A stretch of 64,000 bases of DNA, from positions 928,001 to 992,000 of the forward strand of contig CAXXMV010000002.1 in the NCBI GenBank assembly GCA_963662285.2, in the 5' to 3' direction. A program made the position numbers and the translations under genes. The notes under the pieces are model-generated. The model made no database searches. It was not told where the DNA came from and was given only the letters and a program-made list of their open reading frames with translations. Source of the DNA: a bacterium. GTDB taxonomy: Bacteria; Hinthialibacterota; Hinthialibacteria; Hinthialibacterales; Hinthialibacteraceae. Below are positions 1-9,496 of this stretch, in pieces (the stretch's first letter is position 1; every line of letters begins with the position of its first letter).

Positions 1-820
1 ATACCGGGCGCATACGCTGCATACGCATTCCGCGTAGAAAATCGAAATAAACGTAGGGAATCTGTTCGCCGGGAATATCATCTTCCCGGATGCGTCCTGT
101 GATATGCGACTCAACGCTCATTAAAGTGCAATTAGGAAGCATCGAACGCCAAAAACGACGCGCCGGAAAGAGGAAGTCCGCATGAGGCATTTCCATAATC
201 CGGGAGCGCAGCCGGTTCAGCAAAAAACGAGATTTAAGCAAAGGCGCATCAAAACATTTCCCGTTATATGAAGAAATTGCGGGAAACTTGTCTAAAAGAG
301 CATTAACTTCATGAAGCACAGCGGGTTCTTCGTTGTAGTCTCTCATTAGATATTGGCGGACGCAGAAACCGTTTTGCTCGAAAAAACCTACTCCAACCAG
401 AAAGGGAACCGTCCCGGTTCCGCCCGCCAATCCAGTTGTTTCTGTATCAATGAAGAGAATATCTTTGGGATCTAATGATTTAGTTTCTTCATCGCGAGTT
501 AATATGGATAGTTCAAAGCCGTTGATATCTTCTGATGGATATAAAAGATCATCCGCAGGATAAAAAACATGGCGCAAACCATATGCGCCATGTTCATTTT
601 CAGTCTCTTCAACGCCAATCGTTTCTAAGAATTGCTTTTTTTCCTGCTCTCTTTTCACGGCAATGCCGACCAGATCGCGAGCGCGGGAAAGACCGGGTAT
701 ATCCCTTAAAGATTCAGGGAGTTGGGGCGAGTCGGTGGGAGAAATACCGGCGGACCCGGAGTTTGAACTTTGAGTGGTGTTATTTTTGAATCTTTTTAGC
801 CGTTCATATAAGTCCGCCAT
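1..820 (-). CDS. YprB/RNase_H_2-like DEDD exonuclease, 3'-partial (runs off window start)
   Basis: Not in ORF track. Manual translation from ATG at 820: MADLYERLKRFK...ILFIDTETTGLAGGTGTVPFLVGVG...SYNGKCFDAPLL...EDDIPGEQIP, motifs typical of the YprB family. Confidence 0.85.
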   Translation of the reverse strand, partial: MADLYERLKRFKNNTTQSSNSGSAGISPTDSPQLPESLRDIPGLSRARDLVGIAVKREQEKKQFLETIGVEETENEHGAYGLRHVFYPADDLLYPSEDINGFELSILTRDEETKSLDPKDILFIDTETTGLAGGTGTVPFLVGVGFFEQNGFCVRQYLMRDYNEEPAVLHEVNALLDKFPAISSYNGKCFDAPLLKSRFLLNRLRSRIMEMPHADFLFPARRFWRSMLPNCTLMSVESHITGRIREDDIPGEQIPYVYFDFLRGMRMQRMRPV

Positions 821-873
821 AATATTTCAACAATATAAAAATTACTTGGATGCTATCGCCATCCAAGGCTGTT

Positions 874-1287
874 TTATGATTCAAACCTTGGTATATGAAT
901 GATTAACAATGCGATGCTAACCACGCAATATGGTATAACATAATAAAAAACTCCGCTTAGCACCATCATTATTAGTCCAAAGACTGCAATGGATTCTGAT
1001 AAAACCCAGTTGATGACTGATAACGTCAGGTATTTCTTTAAGCCCTCTTCTGATTTGATATCTAAAGTTCCATCTTCAATAGAACTGTTGATTAATTTGG
1101 CTCTGAGGATGATGGAACTTATTGCGCTGATAATGGAGCAGATTATTGTTATGATTGCTGTCATATACATATAACTATCAGCAATATCCGGGGATGTAAC
1201 TCTTGATATCATAGTATAAGCAATCACTATATATATTATTATTGAACTAACGAATGCACCCCATATTATCCAAAAGTTTTTTTGCAT
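874..1287 (-). CDS. small hypothetical membrane protein (~4 TM)
   Basis: 137 aa hydrophobic ORF with an SD-like (GGAGAGG) upstream; lies between recA and the yprB-like gene. Confidence 0.7.
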   Translation of the reverse strand: MQKNFWIIWGAFVSSIIIYIVIAYTMISRVTSPDIADSYMYMTAIITIICSIISAISSIILRAKLINSSIEDGTLDIKSEEGLKKYLTLSVINWVLSESIAVFGLIMMVLSGVFYYVIPYCVVSIALLIIHIPRFES

Positions 1288-1337
1288 AATTCCTCTCCGT
1301 TGTTATAAGAATATAAACAATAATCATTATGATCAAC

Positions 1338-2363
1338 TCAGGATTCCTCTACTGCTGTAACAATCTCGCCAAATCCCATTTTATCTTTGACTTGCTTCTT
1401 GATCTCTTCGAACATTTCAGGATTATCTTTTAAGGTTTTTTTGGCGTTTTCGCGTCCTTGTCCTAATTTCTGATCTTTATACATATACCATGCGCCGCTT
1501 TTATCTACAATGTTATATTCAACGCCCAGGTCAACCAACTCGCCTGTTAAAGAAATTCCCTCGCCAAAAGTCAGGTCGAATTCAGCCTCTCGAAATGGAG
1601 GCGCCACCTTATTTTTTACAACTTTAACTTTGATGCGGTTACCCACCGAATCGCCTTTATCTTTAATTCCACCAATACGCCGGATGTCGAGTCGAACTGA
1701 TGAGTAGAATTTTAGAGCGCGGCCGCCAGTAGTTGTTTCCGGATTGCCGAAAATCACGCCAATTTTTTCACGTATCTGATTGATAAATATGGCGCAAGTG
1801 CTGGATTTGCTTAGGATGCCGGTCATTTTACGCATGGCTTTTGACATCATCCGCGCTTGCAAACCCATTTGGTTATCGCCCATTTCACCGTCGATTTCAG
1901 CTTGGGGAACCAAGGCTGCGACGGAATCTATTACGATAACGTCCAGAGCGTTGCTGCGAATCAGCATTTCCATAATATCCAAAGCCTGTTCGCCGGTATC
2001 TGGTTGAGAAACAAGAAGGTTGTCAATATCAATGCCTAAATCCTGGGCGTATTTAACATCAATGGCATGTTCCGCATCGATAAATGCCGCCGTGCCTCCC
2101 GCCTTTTGGGCTTCCGCCACAATATGTTGAGCTAAGGTCGTTTTACCGGAAGACTCCGGCCCGTAAATTTCAACAACTCGTCCTCTTGGAACTCCACCAA
2201 CTCCCAGGGCGAAATCCAAGGCCAGTGAACCGGTAGAAATCACGCCAATTTTTTGAATAGGCGTATCTCCCATCTTCATGATGGAACCGCGTCCATGCTG
2301 CTTCTCGATTTGTGAAATGGTTAGGTTAATTACTTTTTCGCGGTCTTTCATGTCAGTTGCCAC
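1338..2363 (-). CDS. recA: recombinase RecA
   Basis: GPESSGKTT Walker [30 protein letters not shown]; SD AGGAG upstream of the GTG start. Confidence 0.99.
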   Translation of the reverse strand: MATDMKDREKVINLTISQIEKQHGRGSIMKMGDTPIQKIGVISTGSLALDFALGVGGVPRGRVVEIYGPESSGKTTLAQHIVAEAQKAGGTAAFIDAEHAIDVKYAQDLGIDIDNLLVSQPDTGEQALDIMEMLIRSNALDVIVIDSVAALVPQAEIDGEMGDNQMGLQARMMSKAMRKMTGILSKSSTCAIFINQIREKIGVIFGNPETTTGGRALKFYSSVRLDIRRIGGIKDKGDSVGNRIKVKVVKNKVAPPFREAEFDLTFGEGISLTGELVDLGVEYNIVDKSGAWYMYKDQKLGQGRENAKKTLKDNPEMFEEIKKQVKDKMGFGEIVTAVEES

Positions 2364-2493
2364 GGTTTTTCTCCTCTTTATGATTCTTTAATATAAGATA
2401 TTAACTGAACATTTGTGTATTGAAACATGTTTTGATTTATATTTCAAGACTCTATGTCAATAAAAAGCAAATAATTTTTGATATTCGTTCCAC

Positions 2494-2522
2494 TTGACGG
2501 CTATACTTATGGCCGATACGAT
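2494..2522 (+). promoter_or_regulatory. putative sigma70 promoter of pheT
   Basis: TTGACG-N17-TACGAT about 55 bp upstream of pheT. Confidence 0.5.
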
Positions 2523-2577
2523 CATTGGATTGTCGTAAATAGCATCATAAATGAACCTAACCACCTGATTTTTAACA

Positions 2578-4995
2578 ATGAAACTCCCTTATTCGTGGCT
2601 AAAAGAATTAGTAGACAGTCTTCCTCTTCCCGATAAAACGGCTGAGATTTTAACGATGATCGGCTTTGAGGTGGAAGAAATCTCTTCCCCCGGAGACGCC
2701 ATAAAGGATGTTGTCGTAGGCAAAATCCTCGATATGGCGCCGCACCCTGACGCCGATAAGCTTACGCTATGTCATGTTACCGATGGAACCAGTGAACACT
2801 CTATAATATGCGGCGCCAAGAACATGAAGGCGGGCGATTGCATAGCGTTGGCGAGAATCGGCGTTGTTTTGCCCGGTGATTTTAAGATTGAAAAACGCAA
2901 ACTACGCGGCGTTAAGTCTGAAGGTATGCTTTGTTCCAGTCGTGAACTGGAATTGGGCGATGATCATTCGGGGATCATGATTCTTCCCCAAGATTCTCCT
3001 TTAGGAACTCCGTTGATAGATGTTTTGGGTTTGAATGAAGTCGTATTCGAACTTAATGTAACGCCCAACCGGCCAGACGCGCTCAGTGCGCTGGGCATTG
3101 CGCGTGAATTGGCGGCAGCCTGCAATTGCAAGTTGAATCCACCAGATGCGTCTCCATTACCGCCGGATATAGAAGAAGATTTTGAACCTTCTATTACACT
3201 GGAAGATCAAGAACTTTGTCCACGGTATACCGGATTGGTTCTTAAAGATATTAAAGTTGGTCCTTCGCCGGAATGGCTTAAAAACCGTCTGGAATCTTGC
3301 GGCGTACGCAGCATCAATAATGTGGTCGATTGCACCAATTTAGTATTGTTTGAATTAGGCCAACCGCTGCATGCATTTGACCTGGATACGCTCCATGAAG
3401 GACGCATTGTGGTTCGTAGAGCCAAGGCAGGTGAGAAATTTACTACCCTGGATGAAGAAGAGCGTACTTTAGATGAAGATATGCTGCTTATTAACGATGC
3501 TGACCGGGCTTCGGCAATTGCTGGAGTTATGGGAGGCTTGGAAAGTGAAGTAAGCAACTCGACCACTTCAATTCTTTTGGAAAGCGCTTATTTTCATCCC
3601 TCTTCTATCAGGCGCACCGCCAAAAAACTCGCTCTAAGCAGCGAAGCCTCTTATCGTTTTGAGCGTGGAGTTGATTTGGAAACTGTTATCCCTGCGGCAT
3701 ACCGTTGCGCCCGGCTGCTCAAAGAGCTCGCTGGCGCCAAGGTCGCTGGTCGTATAGGAATTGCTGATACCAAGAATACTGAACGGCTTGCAGGCCTTGG
3801 GCAGCGGACTCTCACTTTGAAATTAGATTATTGCTGTAAGTTGCTTGGACAGGAAATTCCGGCTGAGAAAATCGAAAGCATTTTCAACTCGCTACTAATC
3901 AAGGTCGAAAAACGGACTGATCAAGAGATTACGGTATCTGTTCCATCTTTCAGGCAGGATATTTCACGGCAGGCCGATCTGGTTGAAGAAGTGGCCCGTT
4001 GTTATGGATTTAATGAGTTTAATCCGACTCTACCAAACTCTCCGGTAAAGCCTCCTGAATTGCAACTACTTGATCGTAATATGCTGAGCAGATTCCGCCA
4101 GTATTTAACTGGCGCGGGCTTTTTTGAAACGGTTACCTATAGTTTTACTGATCCACAATCGCTTAAGGCATTTCCCTTGGATAACGCTGATTTAAAGTGC
4201 GCCACTGTTAATATTCAGAATCCTATCAATGTTAACGAAGCCACTATGCGTTCCAGTTTATTCCCGTCTATATTGCAGGCGGCCAGGCGTAATGTCTCTA
4301 GAGGCAATTCTGATTTCGGGCTTTTCGAGATTGCCCGTACTTTTGAATCTAAAGAGAAGGATATCACCGAAAAACGGATCATCAGCGCGTTGATGATTGG
4401 CAACCCACATAAGGGATGGCGGAATCAGAACGCCGAACTAGATTTCTTTGATATGAAAGGCATAACCGAAGCCATTCTTGGAATCGCAAAAGTTACTCGG
4501 TATCGTACTATCCCTGGTCCCGATTGCCTGCACCCCAAACGCGGTGCGGCTATTCAGGCTGGTAAGAAGAACCTGGGATTCTTCGGAGAAATTCACCCGG
4601 ATATTGCGGAAGCATACGAATTGAACGGACGCGTCCTGGTTATGGAATTGGATTTAGTCGCTCTGACCGAGAGTTTCCGTGAAAATAAGACAACTTATAA
4701 AGCCTTTTCTATCTTCCCGCCAGTTACCAGGGATTTCGCTTTGCTCTTGCCTCAAGGCGTAACCGCCCGTAAAGTTGAAGATATTATCCAACGCGAATGC
4801 GGCGATTTATTAGAAGATTTGACATTGTTTGATTATTATAAGGGGAAACAGGTAGCTGACGGCGCGGTTAGTACTGGTTTCCGAATTACCTTGCGTTCCC
4901 GTGCAGAAACTTTAAAAGAGGAAACGGTTGATGCACTGGTTGAATCAATCTTAAAAAGATTGGAAAATGAACTCGACGTTAAACTTCGTTCGTGA
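2578..4995 (+). CDS. pheT: phenylalanyl-tRNA synthetase beta subunit
   Basis: 805 aa; HPDADKL, SEGMLCS, TPNRPDALS, SEASYRFERGVD, DLVEEVAR, C-terminal FDX-ACB domain. Confidence 0.98.
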   Translation: MKLPYSWLKELVDSLPLPDKTAEILTMIGFEVEEISSPGDAIKDVVVGKILDMAPHPDADKLTLCHVTDGTSEHSIICGAKNMKAGDCIALARIGVVLPGDFKIEKRKLRGVKSEGMLCSSRELELGDDHSGIMILPQDSPLGTPLIDVLGLNEVVFELNVTPNRPDALSALGIARELAAACNCKLNPPDASPLPPDIEEDFEPSITLEDQELCPRYTGLVLKDIKVGPSPEWLKNRLESCGVRSINNVVDCTNLVLFELGQPLHAFDLDTLHEGRIVVRRAKAGEKFTTLDEEERTLDEDMLLINDADRASAIAGVMGGLESEVSNSTTSILLESAYFHPSSIRRTAKKLALSSEASYRFERGVDLETVIPAAYRCARLLKELAGAKVAGRIGIADTKNTERLAGLGQRTLTLKLDYCCKLLGQEIPAEKIESIFNSLLIKVEKRTDQEITVSVPSFRQDISRQADLVEEVARCYGFNEFNPTLPNSPVKPPELQLLDRNMLSRFRQYLTGAGFFETVTYSFTDPQSLKAFPLDNADLKCATVNIQNPINVNEATMRSSLFPSILQAARRNVSRGNSDFGLFEIARTFESKEKDITEKRIISALMIGNPHKGWRNQNAELDFFDMKGITEAILGIAKVTRYRTIPGPDCLHPKRGAAIQAGKKNLGFFGEIHPDIAEAYELNGRVLVMELDLVALTESFRENKTTYKAFSIFPPVTRDFALLLPQGVTARKVEDIIQRECGDLLEDLTLFDYYKGKQVADGAVSTGFRITLRSRAETLKEETVDALVESILKRLENELDVKLRS

Positions 4996-5021
4996 GATAA
5001 TAAAATAATTGAGGTAATATT

Positions 5022-5258
5022 ATGAGTAATGAGAATCTGATGGAGATTCTGGAATCATTGGATCGCAGGGTTGGTGAATTGATGGAATCCATCAAGGGAC
5101 TAAAACAGGAACGCATCAAGTTGCAGGAAGAATTGAAAGAATCAAATCAACAACGCGATGATCTTTCTACGCAGCTCGCTACCAGTTCTGAAACTCGTTC
5201 TGAATTACGTGAACGTATTGAGGCAATAATAAATAAGATCGAACAAATGGAATCCTGA
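5022..5258 (+). CDS. short coiled-coil protein, ZapB-like
   Basis: 78 aa heptad-rich ORF in the conserved pheT-(zapB-like)-zapA position. Confidence 0.7.
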   Translation: MSNENLMEILESLDRRVGELMESIKGLKQERIKLQEELKESNQQRDDLSTQLATSSETRSELRERIEAIINKIEQMES

Positions 5259-5375
5259 TAAGAGTAGTTGTCATAATAATGATCTGATTGGCTTTTTCTA
5301 AGACCAAACGTGATAACAATCAAACAAAATGTTGACAATCGCTCTAGCATCAAATTAGAACAGGATTAAGTAATT

Positions 5376-5660
5376 ATGGCTGGCGATTCTGGAATTATTA
5401 CTGTTGAAATAATGGGCACGCGGCTTCAACTTCGGGGCGGGGAAGATCCAGAGGCCGTAATGAACGCATGCCAATTTGTTCATGATCAGATCGAAGACAT
5501 TCGCGAGCATGCTCCCACTGCGCCATCTCTTCAAATTGCTCTGATGACTGCAATAAACATCGCTGACGAATTGATTCAACTAAAAAACAAAGCTAATATC
5601 CTGGACGCCGCCGCCCAGAAAGCTTCCCGGATACTTAAAAAAACTGCTTCTGGCATATAA
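5376..5660 (+). CDS. zapA: cell division protein ZapA
   Basis: ITVEIMG...IALMTAINIADEL ZapA pattern; synteny after pheT. Confidence 0.85.
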   Translation: MAGDSGIITVEIMGTRLQLRGGEDPEAVMNACQFVHDQIEDIREHAPTAPSLQIALMTAINIADELIQLKNKANILDAAAQKASRILKKTASGI

Positions 5661-5687
5661 TCCTTTCCTAAAGAAAATGAGTTTATA

Positions 5688-6827
5688 GTGCTGCGTGTTT
5701 TATCGCTAAATTACGAATTTCCTCCCATCGGCGGCGGCGGAGGGAATGCTCATAAGCATATTCTCCAACAATTCCGCCATTTCCCTGATATTGAAATTAC
5801 ATTAGTAACTTCTACCATTCAATCTTTGCCGTCTGTTCAGATGTTAGCACCTAATATACGCCTCTATTTATTGCCAATTAAAAAAAAGGATTTGCTCTAT
5901 TGGCGCAGAGGCGAAATTATTAAGTATCTGATGGTTAATTATGGATTTATGCGTGAATTCCTGAAAACGCAGACTTTTGATCTGTGTCATGCTTTTTTTG
6001 GATTCCCCAGTGGTCTATTGGCTTATCATTTCCGGTCAAAAATGCCCTATATCATCTCGGTGCGGGGATCGGACGTCCCCGGTTATAACAAACGCTTTGC
6101 GCTTGATTATGTCTTATTGCGTCCCTTTCTTAAAAGAATCTATTCTTCTGCAGACGCTGTGGTGGCTAACAGCCAGGGATTAAGCAATCTGTTTCATGAA
6201 CAGTTCCCGCATCTGAACGCGCCGGTTATCCCTAATGGCATAGATACTGAGGCCTTCGCTCCACAACCTAAATCTGACGCTGATGGATTATCGCTGGTAA
6301 CCGTCGCGCGGTTAATTCCCCGCAAAGGCATTGATTTACTGATCCGCGCCTGCGCTGAGATCAACCGGGAGCAAATCCCCTTCAATTGTCATATAATCGG
6401 TGATGGTCCTGAAGAAGGCGCCCTTAAGAAAATGAGCCGGGAACTGGGAGTCGCCCAGCGCGTCCATTTTCATGGCCGAATGACCAAAGACGCTGTGGCG
6501 GATTTCCTGCCCCAGTGTGATATATTCATCCTCCCATCATACGCTGAGGGCATGTCTAATGCCGCGCTGGAAGCCATGGGCTGTGGTTTACCGTTGTTAT
6601 TGACTGCAACAGGTGGAAGCAGTGAATTGGTCGATGGCAACGGTCAGATTATCCCGACTGGCGATGCATCGGCGTTGGCGAATGTATTACGCAATTGGCT
6701 TTCCAAACCGGAACTTGTCGCCTCAATGGGACAGCGTTCCCGCATCTGCGCCAATGCCTTCTCGTGGACAAGTGTTGCTCAACGGTATCGGGATATGTAT
6801 ATTCAAGTGGTAGAGAACCGAAAATAA
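5688..6827 (+). CDS. GT4 family glycosyltransferase
   Basis: EFPPIGGG N-terminus, VARLIPRKG, SYAEGMSNAALEAM (EX7E). Confidence 0.92.
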   Translation: MLRVLSLNYEFPPIGGGGGNAHKHILQQFRHFPDIEITLVTSTIQSLPSVQMLAPNIRLYLLPIKKKDLLYWRRGEIIKYLMVNYGFMREFLKTQTFDLCHAFFGFPSGLLAYHFRSKMPYIISVRGSDVPGYNKRFALDYVLLRPFLKRIYSSADAVVANSQGLSNLFHEQFPHLNAPVIPNGIDTEAFAPQPKSDADGLSLVTVARLIPRKGIDLLIRACAEINREQIPFNCHIIGDGPEEGALKKMSRELGVAQRVHFHGRMTKDAVADFLPQCDIFILPSYAEGMSNAALEAMGCGLPLLLTATGGSSELVDGNGQIIPTGDASALANVLRNWLSKPELVASMGQRSRICANAFSWTSVAQRYRDMYIQVVENRK

Positions 6828-6888
6828 TATAATTCTAAAATGGTAGTTTGAGTATGACATCAATGGGATGTTCAAGGTTGTAGATAAC

Positions 6889-7028
6889 AACCCCTCTTGT
6901 GAATTCTCCCCCAAACTTGGGGGAGAGGGGTGGTGTTATATAACCAGTTATATCGTTTTGACTTAGTAATATAAAATACTGTGGCCAAACATTCCTCTCC
7001 CAAGATTGGGAGAGGTTAGGAGAGGGTT
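6889..7028. repeat. two REP-like GC-rich palindromes
   Basis: CTCCCCCAA-AC-TTGGGGGAG (6906-6925) and CCTCTCCCAA-GA-TTGGGAGAGG (6994-7015) followed by TTAGGAGAGGG. Confidence 0.7.
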
Positions 7029-7092
7029 GATACTAACCACCAATGCAGATGAATAACTGATATAGTTTGTAATATTAGAATATCTCTGGTTT

Positions 7093-7842
7093 ATGGGAAT
7101 AGATGCAATGGGTATTTATGATTGGCTAAAAAAACGGGATAGCAATATCGCTGATTGTACTGCTGGCGGATCATCCTATTTCAGCCTTTCACCTACCCGC
7201 TGGAGCCTTTATAAGCATGTCCTGCCCCGTATGCCGCAAGCGCTTAGAGGCCGCTGTCTGGACGCAGGAGCGGGGCGCATGGCTTTCTCTGATACTACCG
7301 CTGAGACTATTGATGAATATGTTGCTATGGATATCAATCCGCGTCCCGGCATAAGCATTTGTGGTTCGGTGTTATCTATTCCTTTGCAAGACGCAACTGT
7401 CGATTCGGTTTTGTGTTTACAGGTTCTTGAGCATGTACCCGACCCGCAACAGGCCATGCGTGAGTTTTTCCGCTGCCTTAAACCTGACGGAACGGTTCTG
7501 ATCAGCGTTCCTCATTTGGCCTATCTACACAATGAACCGCATGATTATTTCCGGTTTACCCATCATGGCTTACGCTTCATGTTAGAGCGCGCTGGATTCG
7601 AGGTGATCGAAATTGTTCCGGCTGGCGGATTGTTATCATTTGTAGGGCATATACCATCAATGATTATCAAGGCCGTCTTTTTTTCAATTCCCGGCTTGAA
7701 CCGGATTGCTTTGTCGCTAAATTCAGTATATTCAAAAACAATCTCATGGATCGATCAGAGAATCGAAAAAAGAAAATTATTCGCATTGTTCTATGTTGTT
7801 ATCGCAAGAAAAAGTGAAACCCCTCCAGCGGCAAAGTCATAA
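7093..7842 (+). CDS. class I SAM-dependent methyltransferase
   Basis: CLDAGAG motif I, LQVLEHVPDP, HNEPHDYFRFT typical of glycan-cluster methyltransferases. Confidence 0.9.
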   Translation: MGIDAMGIYDWLKKRDSNIADCTAGGSSYFSLSPTRWSLYKHVLPRMPQALRGRCLDAGAGRMAFSDTTAETIDEYVAMDINPRPGISICGSVLSIPLQDATVDSVLCLQVLEHVPDPQQAMREFFRCLKPDGTVLISVPHLAYLHNEPHDYFRFTHHGLRFMLERAGFEVIEIVPAGGLLSFVGHIPSMIIKAVFFSIPGLNRIALSLNSVYSKTISWIDQRIEKRKLFALFYVVIARKSETPPAAKS

Positions 7843-7872
7843 ATAGCATTGGAGTAGTTTAATATAAACGTT

Positions 7873-9495
7873 ATGACCGATAATCCTGATTGCCAAATAA
7901 ACCAACCTGACTCAGCCATAAATCGAACTGATTGGCTTATCGCCATAGGATTAGCTATAGTTATTTTTATAGGCTTGTTTGTTGAGTTGCAAAAACCGGG
8001 GGTCACCTGGGATGAAGGCGATATCCAGTTCCCCACCATCAAAAAACAGGCTCAATGGATCAGTGGTTTATCAACCATCGAACATCCATTTTCTCAATCA
8101 TCGATTGCGGCGTATTGGCAAACCACCTCGGATCATCCATCAATGATCAGAACTTTGTCTGCTATTAGTTATTTGATTTTTACTCCCTGGTTGGATGAGA
8201 TTGTCGCCTTCCGTTTGTTGTCGGCATTTCTTTTCGCCATATTACTGGCCAGCATATATCTATTTCTACGCTTATATCTTCCAGTAACAGCCTCTATTGC
8301 AGGGGCATTATCATTAGCCATGATGCCCAGAGTCTTCGGTCATGCTCACCTCTGCAGCCTTGATGCGCCCATAATGTGCGCCTGGTTCTGGGCGGCTATA
8401 GTCGGATTTCTGGTCTTTCATGGCAGCATCAGAACCTATTGGTTTGGAATCGCCTATGCATTGGCATTCAGCGTGAAACTACATGCGGTGTTTCTTCCTC
8501 CCGCGCTGTTGTTTTGGGGTGGATTAATGATTGTATGTTTTTACAGAAAAGAACTTATCTACTTAAAAAGAACCGCCTGGGCTACGTTATGGGCGGTGAT
8601 TCTAACTCCAGTCATATACCTTGCCACGCAACCCTGGTTGTGGCATGAGACCTGGAACCGTCTTTATGAACGGTTTTTTGATTATACGGTAAAATCTCCG
8701 ATCCCTCTGCTTTATCTGGGAGAATTGTGTTATCAGTCCAATCCCTGGCATTACCCTTTGGTGATGATCCTGTTTACGGTTCCTGCTTTCATTATTTTCC
8801 TGGCTGCAATGGGAATGATAAAACCGGTTTATGAAAAATTCAGCAAAACTCATACTATTAATGAAACCGACTCTTCAACGTTGGCCGGGATTCACCTGTT
8901 TCTTATTATTCTTTCTGTAACCATACCGGCTATCTTCGTTTTCTCTCTGGCCAAAGCCTATGACGGATGCCGTCTGTTTCTGCCCTGTTTTCCATTCTTG
9001 GCCTGCATGGTTGGATTTGGTTACTACTTCGTGTGGCAGGTTTTAAGAAAACGCTTGTCCGGCAACTGGTTGCACGCAATATTGCTGGCGCTTCTGATAT
9101 GTCCTTCTCTGGTTCAGTTTTATAAAATCAGCCCATTTTATCTGGCCTATTACAACGAAATAGCCGGTGGGATTCATGGCGCTTGGGACAAAGGCATGGA
9201 GACCACTTTCTGGTGCGATGCGCTGACGCGGGATTTTGTTGATGAGGTAAACCAGTTCGTTCCTGAAGGAAAGACAATCAAACCAGCCAGTATGTCGTTC
9301 GGGGTATACAATTATTACAAACAACGCGGCTGGATAAAACATGATATAGATGATCCGGCGGATTACTACTTGTTGCAAAGCCGTCAGGGCATGTTCAGTC
9401 GGGATGAAGCAATGTTGTATATCAAAAGTAAACCACTGCTCACCATCGAAATTGATGGCGTTCAATTATATGGATTGTATAAGAGGTCGCCTTGA
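7873..9495 (+). CDS. GT-C fold (ArnT/PMT-like) membrane glycosyltransferase
   Basis: TWDE after TM1, DHP, multiple TMs, PWHYP, YYNE. Confidence 0.8.
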   Translation: MTDNPDCQINQPDSAINRTDWLIAIGLAIVIFIGLFVELQKPGVTWDEGDIQFPTIKKQAQWISGLSTIEHPFSQSSIAAYWQTTSDHPSMIRTLSAISYLIFTPWLDEIVAFRLLSAFLFAILLASIYLFLRLYLPVTASIAGALSLAMMPRVFGHAHLCSLDAPIMCAWFWAAIVGFLVFHGSIRTYWFGIAYALAFSVKLHAVFLPPALLFWGGLMIVCFYRKELIYLKRTAWATLWAVILTPVIYLATQPWLWHETWNRLYERFFDYTVKSPIPLLYLGELCYQSNPWHYPLVMILFTVPAFIIFLAAMGMIKPVYEKFSKTHTINETDSSTLAGIHLFLIILSVTIPAIFVFSLAKAYDGCRLFLPCFPFLACMVGFGYYFVWQVLRKRLSGNWLHAILLALLICPSLVQFYKISPFYLAYYNEIAGGIHGAWDKGMETTFWCDALTRDFVDEVNQFVPEGKTIKPASMSFGVYNYYKQRGWIKHDIDDPADYYLLQSRQGMFSRDEAMLYIKSKPLLTIEIDGVQLYGLYKRSP

Positions 9496-9496
9496 A

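Noticed and set aside
535-789. 84-aa plus-strand ORF
   Set aside because: Shadow of the minus-strand yprB-like gene
5259-5687. 6S RNA expected near zapA
   Set aside because: Only 27 bp follow zapA, and the 117-bp upstream gap is too short and lacks a recognisable long hairpin
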